Shown: positions 12,596 to 26,000 of the stretch, one piece after another
Layout: the number at the start of each line of letters is the position of its first letter
Numbering within the stretch: the first letter of the stretch is position 1
Source: the human T2T-CHM13v2.0 reference genome, Homo sapiens
Strand: one strand, 5' to 3'
Assembly: GCF_009914755.1 (NCBI RefSeq)
Contig: NC_060927.1
DNA length: 64,000 bases
Translations under genes and position numbers: made by a program
The notes under the pieces: model-generated
Seen by the model: only the letters and a program-made list of their open reading frames with translations
Database searches by the model: none
What the model was told of the DNA's origin: nothing

Positions 12596-13109
12596 GCCAG
12601 GGTAAGAGAAGAGCAAAGTAGTCTAAAACCAGAGGCTTTGCAGATTATGATGGGTGGTTTCTTAAGGCAATGTAGATGGCTGGGGGTAATATTTCCTATT
12701 CTAGGAGCACAGTCTGGAAGAACTATTAGTGTGGGAATGGATAGCTGGTATTGAAAGGCAAGAGAATTCTGAACCCAACTGATCAGGCTTTATTTGTTCC
12801 TTGTGCAACTCATAATCTTAAGTTTTTATTATTGCACAGCTGCCAATTTGATTTTTCAATGCAAATAAAAGTCTGATGTGTTATGACACTTTGCATTTGT
12901 TCACTGTATCTATTAAAGGATGAAATAGTTTATTAAAAATTGTTCTCAAACCACATTCAAACACCTGTTGATAAGGACAAGTTAGCAGAGTATAATGTGA
13001 TATTTCATCATCTATTGGCCGTGGGGCTTTAGAGGTGAGGTTTAAAAGTAGCACCAGTATATTTGGGATGTGGGGATTGAGGGAGACATAGTGTTGCCCA
13101 CCATAATAT

Positions 13110-13945
13110 TTTACATTTTTTCAACACATACTTAGTGAGGGCATGTGATGTGCCAGATCTGGTTTCTAGCCGTGGAAACAAAGACCCAAATCCATGCCTT
13201 CACAGAGCTTACATTTTAATGGAAAAAAAATAAATGAATAAATAAGTTATATAGTATTATAGATGTGGTAATTACTATGGAGAAAAAGCCTAAAAGGAGG
13301 ATAGGCGTTATTGTGTGTGGAGTGGGAATGGACAGGAGAGTGGTGGTGACATTTGAGCACAGACCTAGAGGAGAAAAGGGATGAACCATGCGGGTGTCTG
13401 GGAGTAAAGTGTTCCAGATGGAACAGTAAGTGCAAAGGCCCTGAGACAGGAGAATATTTGGAATGTCTGAGCGGGAAGAGCATGGTAGGAGATGAGGTTG
13501 GGGAGGTAATAAGGGGCCTGGGTGGCTACAGCAAGGTGGTCAGCTTTTACTCTGAGATGACCAATCATTGCCAACTTTTGATCTAAGATGTAAGAGACAT
13601 AATTTTAAAAGGATCATTTGGATGATGGATGGAAACTGCACTCTCCAGGGACAGTGGTGAGGCAGGAAGACCCTTTAGGAAGCTGTTGCAATATCCTAGA
13701 AGTGGCTGGGACCTAGGTCACAGAGGTGAAGGTAGTGAAGAGGAGGGCAGATTCTCAATACATTTTACAGGTAGAGCTAGGAGGATTTGCTGAATGCAGG
13801 GTGTCTGAAAGAAAGTGAAGGATGAGGCAGATTCCTGGCCTGAGCAACTGGAGGGGCGGGGTGGCAGTTCACTGAGGTGGGCAAGATCATCGGGAGGCAG
13901 GATGTGGGCAATGCCTGGAAGTTCAGGAATTTGGTTCAGACCAGT
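13110..13945 (-). mobile_element. L2 LINE fragment (long)
   Basis: ttcaacacatacttagtgagg...atgtgccag...gtgacatttgagcacagacctagagg...ggaacagtaagtgcaaaggccctgag...ggcctgagcaactggagg. Confidence 0.8.
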
Positions 13946-14038
13946 TTACAAAAGTGAGTCGTCGTTTGGTTGGTTGCAGCACTCAAATTGCTGCTATGCA
14001 GAGTTGCTGATTCTAAAGTCTTAGTGCATCATTAAGCC

Positions 14039-14392
14039 TTCTAAGAAGAGGCACAATGGAACCACACGTCTCAAGACTTATGTTCTCTTCCCTACATGGC
14101 TGGGAGACACTGAAATGAGAGCAGATGTTTTTGGGAATCCAGGCTTCATTTTCTTCATCAGTAAAAGAGGGTTAAAATATTTGCTCTATAAAGTCCCCTC
14201 TAGCTGTATCATTCTGAAACCCAAGGGAAGCTTTGTCTGGATCATTCATTTATAGGCTACATTTTTGCCTTAGTAATAGGGAAGACTTTGGACCCCAATA
14301 AAGCAAAATGTTATCCTCCAAGAAGAATTCTAATCTTCTCATTAGATATGTATTGCAAAACTTGTACTTAATTATGATTATATTTAAAATTT
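14039..14392 (+). repeat. Dispersed direct duplication, copy B (paralog at 4426-4784)
   Basis: Direct match to 4426-4784 (ttctaagaagaggcacaatggaacc...cttaattatgatta...tttaaaattt). Confidence 0.95.
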
Positions 14393-15419
14393 AGAGAAAA
14401 CATTATGAAAGACTTTTTAAGAAATTAGATCAGGGCAGAAAATTTTGGAGAATCTTTTTTCCTGCTAGAAAATGACCAACAAAAGTTGTCACTTGATCTG
14501 AGTTAGTGAGGTGGCAGGAAGCATTAACACTCGGAGGAGGGCACGAATCCGGTGTGCAGACTCCACAGGCAGGGGACAAACCAAGTCCTTTTCTTTCGCA
14601 GCTGGAAGGCGGGTAGCCTAGGCAAGTTCTCAAGCCCGCTCGCCCTCCACCTGGAAACAGACTTGGGGCTTTTGGCGGGGCTCGGTGAGAGTGAGACCGG
14701 CCCTTTGGTTTGCATGACAGCTGGGTGAGGCCTGTGACTGCCGGCTTTCCCCCACTTCCCTGAAAACCTGGATGACTCAGCAGAGGCAGCCATAATCCTC
14801 CTAGGAACTTAACTCCATTAACCTGGGAACCTCACTCCCATCCCCCACGGCAGCTGCAGCAAGACCTGCTCAAGGAGAGTCTGAGCTCAGACATGCCTAG
14901 CCCTGCCCCCACCTAATGGTCCTTCCCTACCCACCCTGGTAGCTGAAGACAAAGGGCATATACTTTTAGAAGTTCTAGGGCCCTGCCCACTGCCTCTTCC
15001 TCCCCATACTACCACAGCTGATGCTGTCTTGAAAGAGCCACCTCCCTGGCAGAAGGCCAACCAGCACGAAAATAGTGCATTAATCAACCAAAGCTAAGGA
15101 CCCTCACAGAGTCCATTTCACACCCCTGCCACCTCCATTGGAGTGGGTGCCAGTATCCAAGACTGAGAGACCCACAGATGGTTCACATCACAGGACTCTG
15201 TGCAGACAACCTCCAGTACCAGTCTGGAGCCTGGTAGATTTGCTGGGTGGCTAGATCCAGAAAAGAGATTAACAACCACGACAGCTAGACAGTTCAGCTC
15301 TCAGGTAGCCACATCCCTAGGAAAAGGGGGAGAGTACTACATCAAAGAAATACCTCATGGGACAGAAGAACTGAACAACAGCCTTGAGCCCTAGACTGTC
15401 CCCCTGATAGCCTACCCAA

Positions 15420-16410
15420 ATGAGAAGGAACCAGAAAACCAACTCTGGTAACATGACAAAACAAGGTTCTTTAACATCCCCAAAAAAATCACACTAGCTC
15501 TCCAGCAATGGATCCAAACCAAGAAGAAACCCCTGATCTAACTGAAACAGAATTCAGAAGGTTTGTTATTAAGCCAATCAGGGAGGCACCAGAGAAAGGT
15601 GAAACCCAATGTAAGGAAATTAAAAAAAAATGATATAAGAAGTGAAGGGAGGAATATTCAATGAAATAGCATAAATAATGAAAACTTCAGGAAACAATGG
15701 ATGCACTTATAGAAATGCAAAATGCTCTGGAAAGTCTCAGTAATAGAATCAAACAAGCAGAAGAACTTCAGAGCTCAAAGACAAGGTTTTTGAATTAACC
15801 GAATCCAACAAAGACAAAAAAGGATAAGAAAATACGAACAAAGCCTCCAAGAAGTCTGAGATTATGTTAAATGACCAAACCTGAGAATAATCAGCATTCT
15901 TAAAGAGAAGTCTAACAGTTTGGGAAATATATTTGGGGGAATATTCGAGGAAAACTTCCCTGGCCTTGAAAGAGAACTAGACATCCGAATACAAGACACT
16001 AGAGGAACACCTGGAAAATTCATCACAAAAAGGTCATTGCCTAGGCACATGGCCATCAGGTTTTCTAAAGTTAAGAAGAAGGAAAGAATCTTAAGAGTTA
16101 TGAGGCAAAAACACCAGGAAACCTATAAAGGAAAACCTATCAGGTTAACAGCAGATTTCTCAGCAGAAACCCTACAAGCTAGAAGGGATTGGGGCCCTAT
16201 TTTCAGCCTCCTTAAACAAAACAATTAGCCAAGAATTTTGTACCCAGTGAAACGAATTTCATAAGTGAAGGAAAGATAGTCTTTTTCAGACAAATGCTGA
16301 GAAAGTTTGCCACTACCAATCCATCATGAGAAGAATTGCTAAAGGGAGCTCTAAATCTTGAAACAAATCCTGGAAACACATCAAAACAGAACCTGTTTAA
16401 AGCATAAATC
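15420..16410 (+). pseudogene. L1 ORF1 remnant (frameshifted)
   Basis: Fragment 15920-16228 encodes ENFPGLERELDIRIQ...YKGKPIRLTADFSAETLQARRDWGPIF, typical of L1 ORF1p; stops and frameshifts elsewhere. Confidence 0.85.
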
Positions 16411-16482
16411 TCACAGGACCTACAAAACAAAAATACAATAAAAAAGCCCCCCAAAAACCAAGGTATATAGTCACCAAATAGG

Positions 16483-19400
16483 ATGAATGCAATGGTACCT
16501 CACATCTCAATACTAACATTGAATGTAAATTACCTAAATGCTTTACTTAAAAGATACCAGAATTGCAGAATGGATAAGAATTCACCAACCAACTATCTGC
16601 TGCCTTCAAGAGGCACACCTAACACATAAGGAGTCACATAAACTTAAGGTAAAGGGATGGAAGGAGACATTCTATGCAAATGGAGACCAAAAGCAACAAT
16701 AGTAGCTATTCTTATGAGGCAAAACAAACTTTAAAGCAACTGCAGTTAAAAAAAGACAAACAGCATCATTATATAATGATAAAAGGCCTTGTCCAACAGG
16801 AAAATATCACAATCCTAAATATATATGCACCTAACTCTGGAGCTCCCAAATTTATAAAACAATTACTAATAGACCTAAGAAATGAGATAGCAATACGTTA
16901 ATAGTGGGGGACTTCAATACTCCACTGACAGCACTAGACAGGTCATCAAGACAGTCAAAGAAACAATGGGTTTAAACTATACCCTGGAACAAATGGACTT
17001 AACAGATATTTACAGAACATTCTACCCAACAACTGCAGAATATACATTCTATTCAACAGCACATAGAACTTTCTCTGAGATAGATCATATGATAGGCCAC
17101 AAAACCTCAATAAATTCAAGAAAATTGAAATGATATCAAGTACTTTCTCAGGTTACAGTGGAATAAAACTGGAAATCAACTCCAAAAGGAACCTTCAAAA
17201 CCATGAAAATGATGGAAATTAAATAACCTACTCCAGAATGATCATTGGGTCAAAAATGAAATCAAGATGGAAATTTTAAAAATCTTCAAACTGAATAACA
17301 ATTGTGACACAACCTATTAAAACCTCTGGGATGCAGCAAAAGTGGTGCTAAGAGGAAAGTTCATAGCCCTGAACACCTACATCAAAAAGTCTGAAAGAGC
17401 ACAGACAGACAATCTAAGGTCACACCTCAAGGAACTAGAGAAACAAGAACAAACAAAATCCAAACCCAGCAAAAGAAAGGAAATAATCAAGATCAGAGCA
17501 GAACTAAATGAAATTGAAATAAAAAAATACAAAAGATAAATAAAACAAAAAGCTGGTTCTTTGAAAACATAAATAAAATTGATAGGCCATTAGCAAGATT
17601 AACCAAGAAAAGAAGAGAGAAAATTCAAGCTCAGTTAGAAACAAAATGGGAGATATTACAACTGACACCACAGAAGCACAAAAGATCATTCAAGGCTACT
17701 ATGAACACCTTTATGCACATAAACTAGAAAACCTAGAGGAGATGGATAAATTCCTGGAAAGATACTACCTTCCTAGCTTAAATCAAGAAAAATTAGATAC
17801 TCTGAACAGACCAATGACAAGCAGCACAGGTGAAAGAGTAATACAACAATTACCAACAAAAAAGTCCAGGACCAGACAGATTCACAACAGAATTCTACCA
17901 GACATTCAAAGAATAATTGGTACCAATCCTATTGAAACTATTCCACAAGATAAAGAGGAAACCCTCCCTAAATCATTCTATGAAACCAGTATCACCGTAA
18001 TACCAAAACCAGGAAGGGATATAACCAAAAAAGAAAACTACAGACTAACATCCCTGATGAACAAAGATGCTAAAATCCTTAACAAAATACTAGCTAACCA
18101 AATTCAAAATATCAAAAGATAATTCACCATGATCAAGTGAGTTTCTTACCAGGGATGCAGGGATGGTTTAAGATAACGCAAGTCAATAAACGTGACACAC
18201 CACATAAACAGAATTAAAAACAAAAATCACATAGTCATCTCAATAGATGCAGAAAAAGCAGAGAAAAGCCAGCATCCCTTTATGATTAAAACTCTCAGCA
18301 AAATTGGCATACAAGGGACATATCTCAATGTAATAAAACCCACCTATGACAAACCCACAGCCAACATACTACTGAATGGGGAAGAGTTGAAAGCATTCGC
18401 TCTGAGAACTGGAACAAGATAAGGATACCCACTCTCACCAGTCCTCTTCAACATAGTACTGGGGTCCTAGCCAGAGCAATCAGATGAGAGAAAGAAAGGG
18501 CAGCCAAATTCATAAAGAGGAAGTCAAACCATCACTGTTTGCTAATGACATGATCATTTACCTAGAAAACCCTAAACACTCCTCCAGAAAGCTCCTAGAC
18601 CTGATAAAAGAATTCAGCTATGTTTCCAGATACAAAATCAATGTACACACATCAGTAGCTTTTCTATATACCGACAGTGACCAAGCTGAGAGTCAAATCA
18701 AGATCTCAACCCCTTTTATAATAGCTGCAAAAAAAATAAAATACTTAGGAATATATCTAACCAAGGAGGTGAAAGAACTCTGCAAGGAAAACTACAAAAC
18801 ACTGTTGAAAGAAATCATAGATGACACAAACAAATGGAAATACATCCCATGCTCATGGATAGGTAGAATCAATATTGTGAAAATGACCATATTGCCAGAA
18901 ACAATCTACAAATTCAACACAATTCCTGTCAAAATAGCACCATCATTTTTCACAGAATTAGAAAAAACAATTCTAAAATTCATAAGGAACCAAAAAGGAG
19001 CCCACATAGCCAGAGCAAGACTAAGGAAAAAGAACAAATCTGGAGGCATCACACTACCTGATTTCAAACTATACTATAAGGCCGTAGTCACCAAAACAGC
19101 ATGGTACTCACATAAAAATGGGCACATAGACAATGGAACAGAAACCCTAATACTTAACAGCCAACTGATCTTTGACAAAGCAAACAAAAACATAAAGTGG
19201 GAAAAGGACACCCTTTTCAACAAATAGTGCTGGGATAATTGGCTAGCCACATGTAGGAGAATGAAACTAGATCCACATCTAGGAGAATGAAACTAGATCC
19301 TCATCTCTCACCTTATACAAGAATCAACTCTAAGATGGATAAAGGACTTTAAGACCTGAAACTATTAAAATTCTAGAAGATAACATTGGAAAAACCCTTC

Positions 19401-20260
19401 TAGACACTGGCTTAGGCAGGGATTTCATGACTAGGAATCCAAAAGCAAATGCAGTGAAAACAAAAGATAAATAGCTGGGACTTAATTAAACTAAAAAGCT
19501 TTTGCACAGCAAAAGGAACAGTCAGCAGAGTAAACAGAAAACCCACAGAGGGGGAGAAGATCTTCACAATCTATACATCTGACAAAGCACTAATATCCCG
19601 AATCTACAATGAAGTCAAACAAATTAGCAAGAAAAAACAATCCCATCAAAAAGTGGGCTAAGGACGTGAATAGACAATTGCAAATAGAGGATATACAAAT
19701 GGCCAACAAACATATGAAAAAATGCTCAACATTACTAATGATTAGGGTTTTCATTTGCAAATGAAAACCACAATACCATACCACCTTACTCCTGCAAGAA
19801 TAACCGTAATCAAAAATTTTAAAAATAGATGTTGGCATGGATGCGGTGAAGAGGGAACACTTCTACACTGCTGGTGGGAAGGTGAACTAGTACAACCACT
19901 ATGGAAAACAGTGTGGAGTCTCCTTAAAGAACTAAAAGTAGAACTACCATTTGATCCAACAATCCCACAACTGGGTATCTACCCAGAGGAAAAGAAGTCA
20001 CTATATGAAAAAGATACTTGCACACGCATGTTTACAGCAGCATAATTTGCAACTGCAAAAACATGGAACCAACCCAAATGCCCATCAATCAATGAGTGAA
20101 TAAAGACTGTGGTGTATATATGCAGTGGAATGCTACTCAGCCATAAAAAGGAATTAAATTAATGGCATTCGTAGCGACCTGGGTGAGATTGGAGACTTAT
20201 TCTAAGTGAAATAACTCAGGAATGGTAAACCGAACATTGTAGGTTCTCATATGTGGGAGC
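16483..20260 (+). pseudogene. L1 ORF2 remnant (endonuclease, RT, C-terminal Cys-rich domains), multiply disrupted
   Basis: EN motif ITILNIYAPNSGAPKFIKQ; RT motif [14 protein letters not shown] (catalytic FADD mutated to FAND); C-terminal [17 protein letters not shown]; split over many short ORFs. Confidence 0.9.
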
Positions 20261-20679
20261 TAAGCTATGATGATGCAAAAGAATAAGAAAGATACAATGG
20301 ACTTCGGGAATTCAGGGGGAAAGGGAGCAAAGGGGGCGAGGGATAAAAGACCACAGATTGGGTGCAGTGTGTACTGCTCGGGTGATAGGTGCACCAAAAT
20401 CTCATAAATTACCACCAAAGAACTTACATAACCAAACACCACCTGTTCCGCAATAACCTGTGGGAAAAAATGAAAATAAAAAAATTAGGCCCAGATAGCC
20501 ACCTGGGATTTATCTTGAAGTATTGGCTCTTTCAGGTTCATGTTTGTTCATGATTTTAAGAAACAGACCCACCCATGTTAACTCTTAGTGATAAGAAGTT
20601 AAGAACTTTATTGTAAGGATTCTACAAAATAACTTGGGGGAGAGGAATTGATGTGGGATTAAAACAAAGTTTATTCATA

Positions 20680-21210
20680 TCTACATATATATGAAAGACA
20701 TGGTATGTATGTATATTTATAATATACAACCTAAAGAATGACTGTAAGACTGTAATTAATACATAAAATATTTTAAAACTCCATGGGCAATTACACTCAA
20801 TAAAATTTTAAAAACCCTCATTGGTCACTACTGAAAGTTGCTAGGGTGCCAATTTATTATTCTCAAAACAGTAAAGTGATAAATGTAAAATAATCCATCA
20901 TTTATTCTGCCTTCCCTGTGTGCACTGTATTTGAAGTTAATGAAATGTTAATGAAGGAAATTTCCTTATAGAACAATTTCAGTTATGAAGAAGGGCTTAG
21001 AAAGTCACAAATAAATGGATCCTAGGCCATGTTCATCAATGGGTGCTAACACCATTGAGTGTAGAACTTTATGTGGGATGGATCAGTCTGACAACACCTG
21101 AACTCACTGATTAGTCAATCTCAGCATCACTCAAAGTATGAGGGGGTTCAGTATATTATTCTGTCTATTTTGTGATATTTGAAAATTTTCACAAGTTTTT
21201 AAAAGAAAAA
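20680..21210 (+). mobile_element. L1MC-class 3' end fragment
   Basis: aaaaccctcattggtcac...gttgctagggtgccaatttattattct...catttattctgccttccctgt; ends tttgaaaattttcacaag with an A-rich tail. Confidence 0.6.
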
Positions 21211-21869
21211 CATACATATACTTTGAAAAAATTTTAACTAAATAGAATTATACTCTATATACTGCTCTGCACTTTGATCTATTGAATTAATTTTTGTGGA
21301 TTCAATATAGCTTGACTTACTGGCTTCTGGACTTTTATACAGGGCAGATTTGCTGAGTATTTATCAAGACTGGTAGTGAGTATAAGGAGGTGAAAAGATC
21401 AGGCAGGGACAGGTAAGCACGATTCTTCCCAGACAGGTTTGCAAAGTCCACTCTGGCAAAAACCTCTTGAATCCTAAGTAGTAAAAAGGAATCTTTATGT
21501 GAGCAATGTGAGGGAAAGCAAGAGTAATTGAAGTTGTTTTCCTGAGAGGAGGAAGGGATTCACATGATGCTGTTTGGTGCATGTAACCTTGGGAGCAGCT
21601 GGAAGGAGTGGGGAGGGGGCTGCCTCCTGACCTTGGGTCTGAGGTCTCCCCACCCCCAATATCTCCAGCTGTTTCATCAGCCAATTAGGTTAAACCCTTT
21701 TTCTTGGGTTCCATATCCAACCTTTGGAGTTGTTTCCAGAGGGTTTAATCTTTAGATCAGGGATCTGATATCCCAGAAAGTATAAATGTGGTCAAACACA
21801 AAGGGTGAGGCAGTGGATGGAAACATGCAGAGTCAGCTCTGCTGGAAGTTCTGACAGGTAAATGGGGAG

Positions 21870-22110
21870 AGCAGCCTGGTATGTGTGGAAAAGAGCAGGA
21901 ACCTTGGAGTCAGATGTGGGTTTGAATGGTGGTCCTTATATTAGCTGTGTGTCTGTGGGCAAACCATTTAATCACTCTGTGCTCCTGTTTCATTCTGTAA
22001 ACTGCTGACAATAAAAAATACTCTCCATGGCTGTGACAGGGCTCCATGATGCTGTGTAAGCAAAGCCCATGACACTGTCTGGCCCTCTGTAGATAAGTTA
22101 CAAATGCCAG
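21870..22110 (+). mobile_element. MIR SINE (near full length)
   Basis: ttggagtcagatgtgggtttgaat...ttagctgtgtgtctgtgggcaaaccatttaatcactctgtgctcctgtttcattctgtaaa. Confidence 0.75.
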
Positions 22111-22439
22111 TCTCCATTTCCTTCTAAGAGCAGGGCTGTAGCTAATATCAGAAACAGTGCTACAGAGATGGGATCCTGAGTTGAAAGTCAAGAATCATGG
22201 TTTGGTCACTGAGAGAGTGGGTTGTATAGACTGAAACCTGGTTTCTGAAGGAGACTGAGTCCAGGGCAAGGGTTCTCAGAGCTGAGGATACTGCTTCAGG
22301 GGAGCTTAATATTTCCCACCCTCTTCTGTAATTGCTGGATCAGTGTGTCTGTCTGTCTTAGCCTGGAAGCTCCAGGAAGACCAGGGCCTGTGTTTCTCTT
22401 GCTCACCATGATATCCCACAATGGCTTAATATCTGTTAC

Positions 22440-23030
22440 ACAAGCAAAGTTGTGTTCCTGGGAGAAATTCTAGCAAATACAAATCAGAAGAAAGAAAAAA
22501 TCATCCCTAACCTAATCATCTGTGACTAACATTATGGATTTGTATCCTTTCAGTCCTTTCTGTATGTAAAAGTAAAATATACACTTATTATTTACAAATC
22601 TGAGGTCATATTGTTTTATAATTTGTTTCTGTGAAAATATATTGTGAGCATTTTTCCAAATTGTGTATACTTTTGTATGACATTTTAATGACTGCATGAT
22701 TTTTTTTGTATATACATGCCACACTTTATAATGAATTCCTTATCGTTAGACGTTTAGGTAGCTTATGCAATATTTTGCTGATATAAACAGCATTGCAGTA
22801 AACATCCATGTAGTTAAATCCTTGACCCAAATAACTGATTAGCTTCTCCTCCTTGAAACCTATTTTTTCTCTCTATTTTGAGATAATTGTAGATTCAAAT
22901 GCAGTTGTAAGGACGTATACAGAGAGATCTCTCATGCCTTTCATCCAGTTTGCCTCAATGGTAAGATAACAGATCGCATATCTGTAGAACTATATCATAA
23001 CCAGGAAGTTGATATTGATACAATCCTGCA
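22440..23030 (-). mobile_element. Old L1M 3' fragments (L1ME plus L1MC/MD-like)
   Basis: ttccttatcgttagacgtttaggtagctt...aaacagcattgcagtaaacatcc; tttgagataattgtagattcaaatgcagttgtaag. Confidence 0.6.
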
Positions 23031-26000
23031 ATACTTAAGTTTTTTAGTTTGCCTTGGCCAGACAGATGTTTTAGATACACTATTGGGAAGCTCTAATTAT
23101 GCATTTTCAAGCATGTTTCTTTCTTCTTTTATCAATCTTCCTCCTCTTTTCTCTGCTGAGCCCTGTCATAATAGTTATCCTGCCCTGATGGCAGTATTTC
23201 AGCTGTCTTTGTACAGGTGCATGAGTTCTAGATTTTCAGAATTCTAAGCACTAATGTTCTCCAGAGCCCCTGTGAAATAGGGTCAGAGACTGTTTCTTCT
23301 ATCATAAAATTGTGGCCATCTGTTGGTTTATATTCTTTAATACCAATGCAGATAACACCTAGGGTATCAGAGCCTGCAGGCATAATAGATACAGTCTGCT
23401 GCTGATCAGATTCACTAATTAAAGGTGTGAGCCACTCTGTAAGGTTACATTTCCTTTGTTCTTATTTCAGATTCTCTCTAGCCACATTTTATGAATATAT
23501 GAAAGTCAATGAAATAGCAATATTTCACCTTATGAACAAATAAAATACTGCAAACTTTAAATATCAAGAATTGTGTAATTTCAAAGCTAAAATGGCAGTT
23601 TGAAATGGCAGCTATGTTCACCTTTTGCTTCATACGGGCCCCACTTCAACACTGTAGATGGACAGACCCACAATGCTTTGTTAGAAGAGGAACTTCTGCA
23701 AATAATGTTGGTTACTATTGTGTTTTTATCTGGAATTCATTGCTAGTATAACTGACTCTTCTTGTAATTAGAAAATAATATCATACACGTATTCATTAAT
23801 TGGTGGCACTGATGCTGGTTGTAGTTCTGAAAATATGCCTGAAAACCAGCAACTGAAAAGGGAGGTAGATTGATAAAACACTATTGAGACAAATATGAGT
23901 TACAATACACTGTGCTGTTAATTTCAGAGAAAGCACTTTATGAAATATTACACATAACACTGAGGAAATAAAAGACTGCATTAAAGCCAAATATGCTACA
24001 ATGATTGCAGATTTATGTGCCAGCATCCTCACACTTTATATTTATCCCAATGAAAAAATTAGTCATGAATTATGCAAGTTTTGATTTATGCAAGGTCTTC
24101 ATTAATTTATCCCTTACATAAAATGTTTCCCTCTATGCTGGATTTACTCCATACTCTGCGCACAATTCAAGTAGTATGTACATTTAAGGTAAGAGTTTGA
24201 AACTTCCGAGTCCTAGTGGAATTGAATTTCTTTTTTAATTTTACGATTTATAAATGAGATTTTTAAGTCAATTACTTGAAATTTATGAGTACATTTCTCA
24301 AAGTAAGAGTCATTACTTAAGAACTCAAGAACTGAAGAATTGATTATATACTATATATGTGTCAGTGCTTTACATATTCATTCTATTTTAATATGGTCCC
24401 TACAGCAGTCTTGGGGCTATCACCTCACTGAATTTGTGAAAGAGGGAGAATTCAGATATCTGTCTGGCTCCAGAGTCCATGATATGTCTGGGAGCTCATA
24501 GGCAGCTGGCAAGTCAGTAGATGGGACACAGAAGTTCAACACCCTCCAAATTATAAGCAAACTTTTGTGGCGTGTGTATGCATTTTTCTGGGCTGAAGAC
24601 CCAGGGCTTTCCATGTCCTTGAAGCTTGTGGACCCTGGCTCCATCCCTTCCAGTGTAACGCACTCCAGAGCCACATCAAATCCCTCCTAAATGACCCACA
24701 GAGTCCTCCCTAACTCTAACTGCATTTCAACCATTGCAGTCAGCATTGACGCCTGTGGAAAAATATTTCACAGCATGCAGCAACTCTGGAATCGGGGTTT
24801 CTCTCTCTGCCTGACATTTTCTCTAGACTAGCTGGAGGGTAGGGTAGAATATATCATCTGCAGGAGGAAAATCTTAATGACCTTCTCAATGCTTTTGTTC
24901 CTTTGGTTTCTAAGGGGTCCTAGCCTTGTCCTCAGCATAGTGTTGGACATCTATTCAAATATAGAAGACTACTCAAACAAAAGTCCATCTCATTTTCTAT
25001 TGCTCTTCATTTGTTTCTTTCTGGTGGCACTTCTCACACACTGTGTTGCCTTAAACTAATTATGTTCCTGCCTCATCTCTCCCTTCGAATTGGTAGCCTG
25101 TTGGTTTATCTTGAGATCCCCAGAATGCTCAGGATCATGTGGAACAGGAACAATAACACTTCAGTGTCAGATTCCTGGAGGCCTTTCTCTGGGGGTCCTG
25201 AACTCTGAGGAGGCCTCTTTGCCTGCTGCTGTGGCTCCTGAGCCTTTGTGGTGTGGATGTGGTAATGGGTAGGAGGTGCAGAATAGAAAGTGGGGTGGCA
25301 GGTCAACTTCAACTACCTATGCAGAAAAAGGAAACAGCCAAGAGGCTGGAAGAAAGGGGGATGGGGTGAAGAAATGAGACAGCAAGTTAGTGCAGGCTGG
25401 AATTATGAAAGGAGGGCAAGGAGATGGGGGCCTCTCTGACAAGGGGGTTTTGGGGAGAGAGAAGGCAAAGAAGTTCATGTAATATTGTTCTGTGAATCTT
25501 GTGCACCCTTCTCACTGAGACCCCAGCTCCTTGCTCCTATCTAGTATTCGGGATCACACTGGTCTTCAAGCCTTTTGGGATCAGGCTTCCTGTTACATGT
25601 AAATGTGTAGCCAGGCTCATCCTGGTGGGGCCATGCAGATTGAAGTTAATTAATTACACATCATTTTTAAGCACAGAGGAAATACTATATGATAGAATTA
25701 TTGAGCAAATTGATCAAGTTGAGTTTTATTAAATACGTTTGCATTTTTTAAATTAAAAAACTTAAACTATAGAATGTAGTCTTTTCATAAAATTTAAACG
25801 ACAAAGTATATAAAATGAAAAGTAAAACTTCTGCTTCAGCCTCCTTCTTCTTTTCCTATGCCAGGTAACTCATGCTAATAATCTGAGTTTCCTCATCAGA
25901 CCTTTTGGTACAGCATTTGTCTTTCTGTGGACAAAGCCCCACAGAATTTGGAGAAGGAGAAAAATCCCTTCTTGAGGAATATGAAGTCTGAATAGTGACA

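Larger units (their letters stand above)
14530..20484 (+). mobile_element. Near full-length, inactivated L1 (L1PB1-like 3'UTR, L1PBa-like 5'UTR)
   Basis: GC/CpG-richer 5'UTR ~14530-15400; ORF1 and ORF2 remnants in the ORF track; 3'UTR gggataaaagaccacagattgggtgcagtgtgtactgctcgggtgataggtgcaccaaaatctca...aataaaaaaa. Confidence 0.93.

Noticed and set aside
14530-14760. CpG-richer segment as a CpG-island promoter
   Set aside because: Explained by the L1 5'UTR
15920-20045. Several ORFs of 65-247 aa as host genes
   Set aside because: They are frameshifted L1 ORF1/ORF2 pieces; the RT catalytic motif is mutated, so the element is not active
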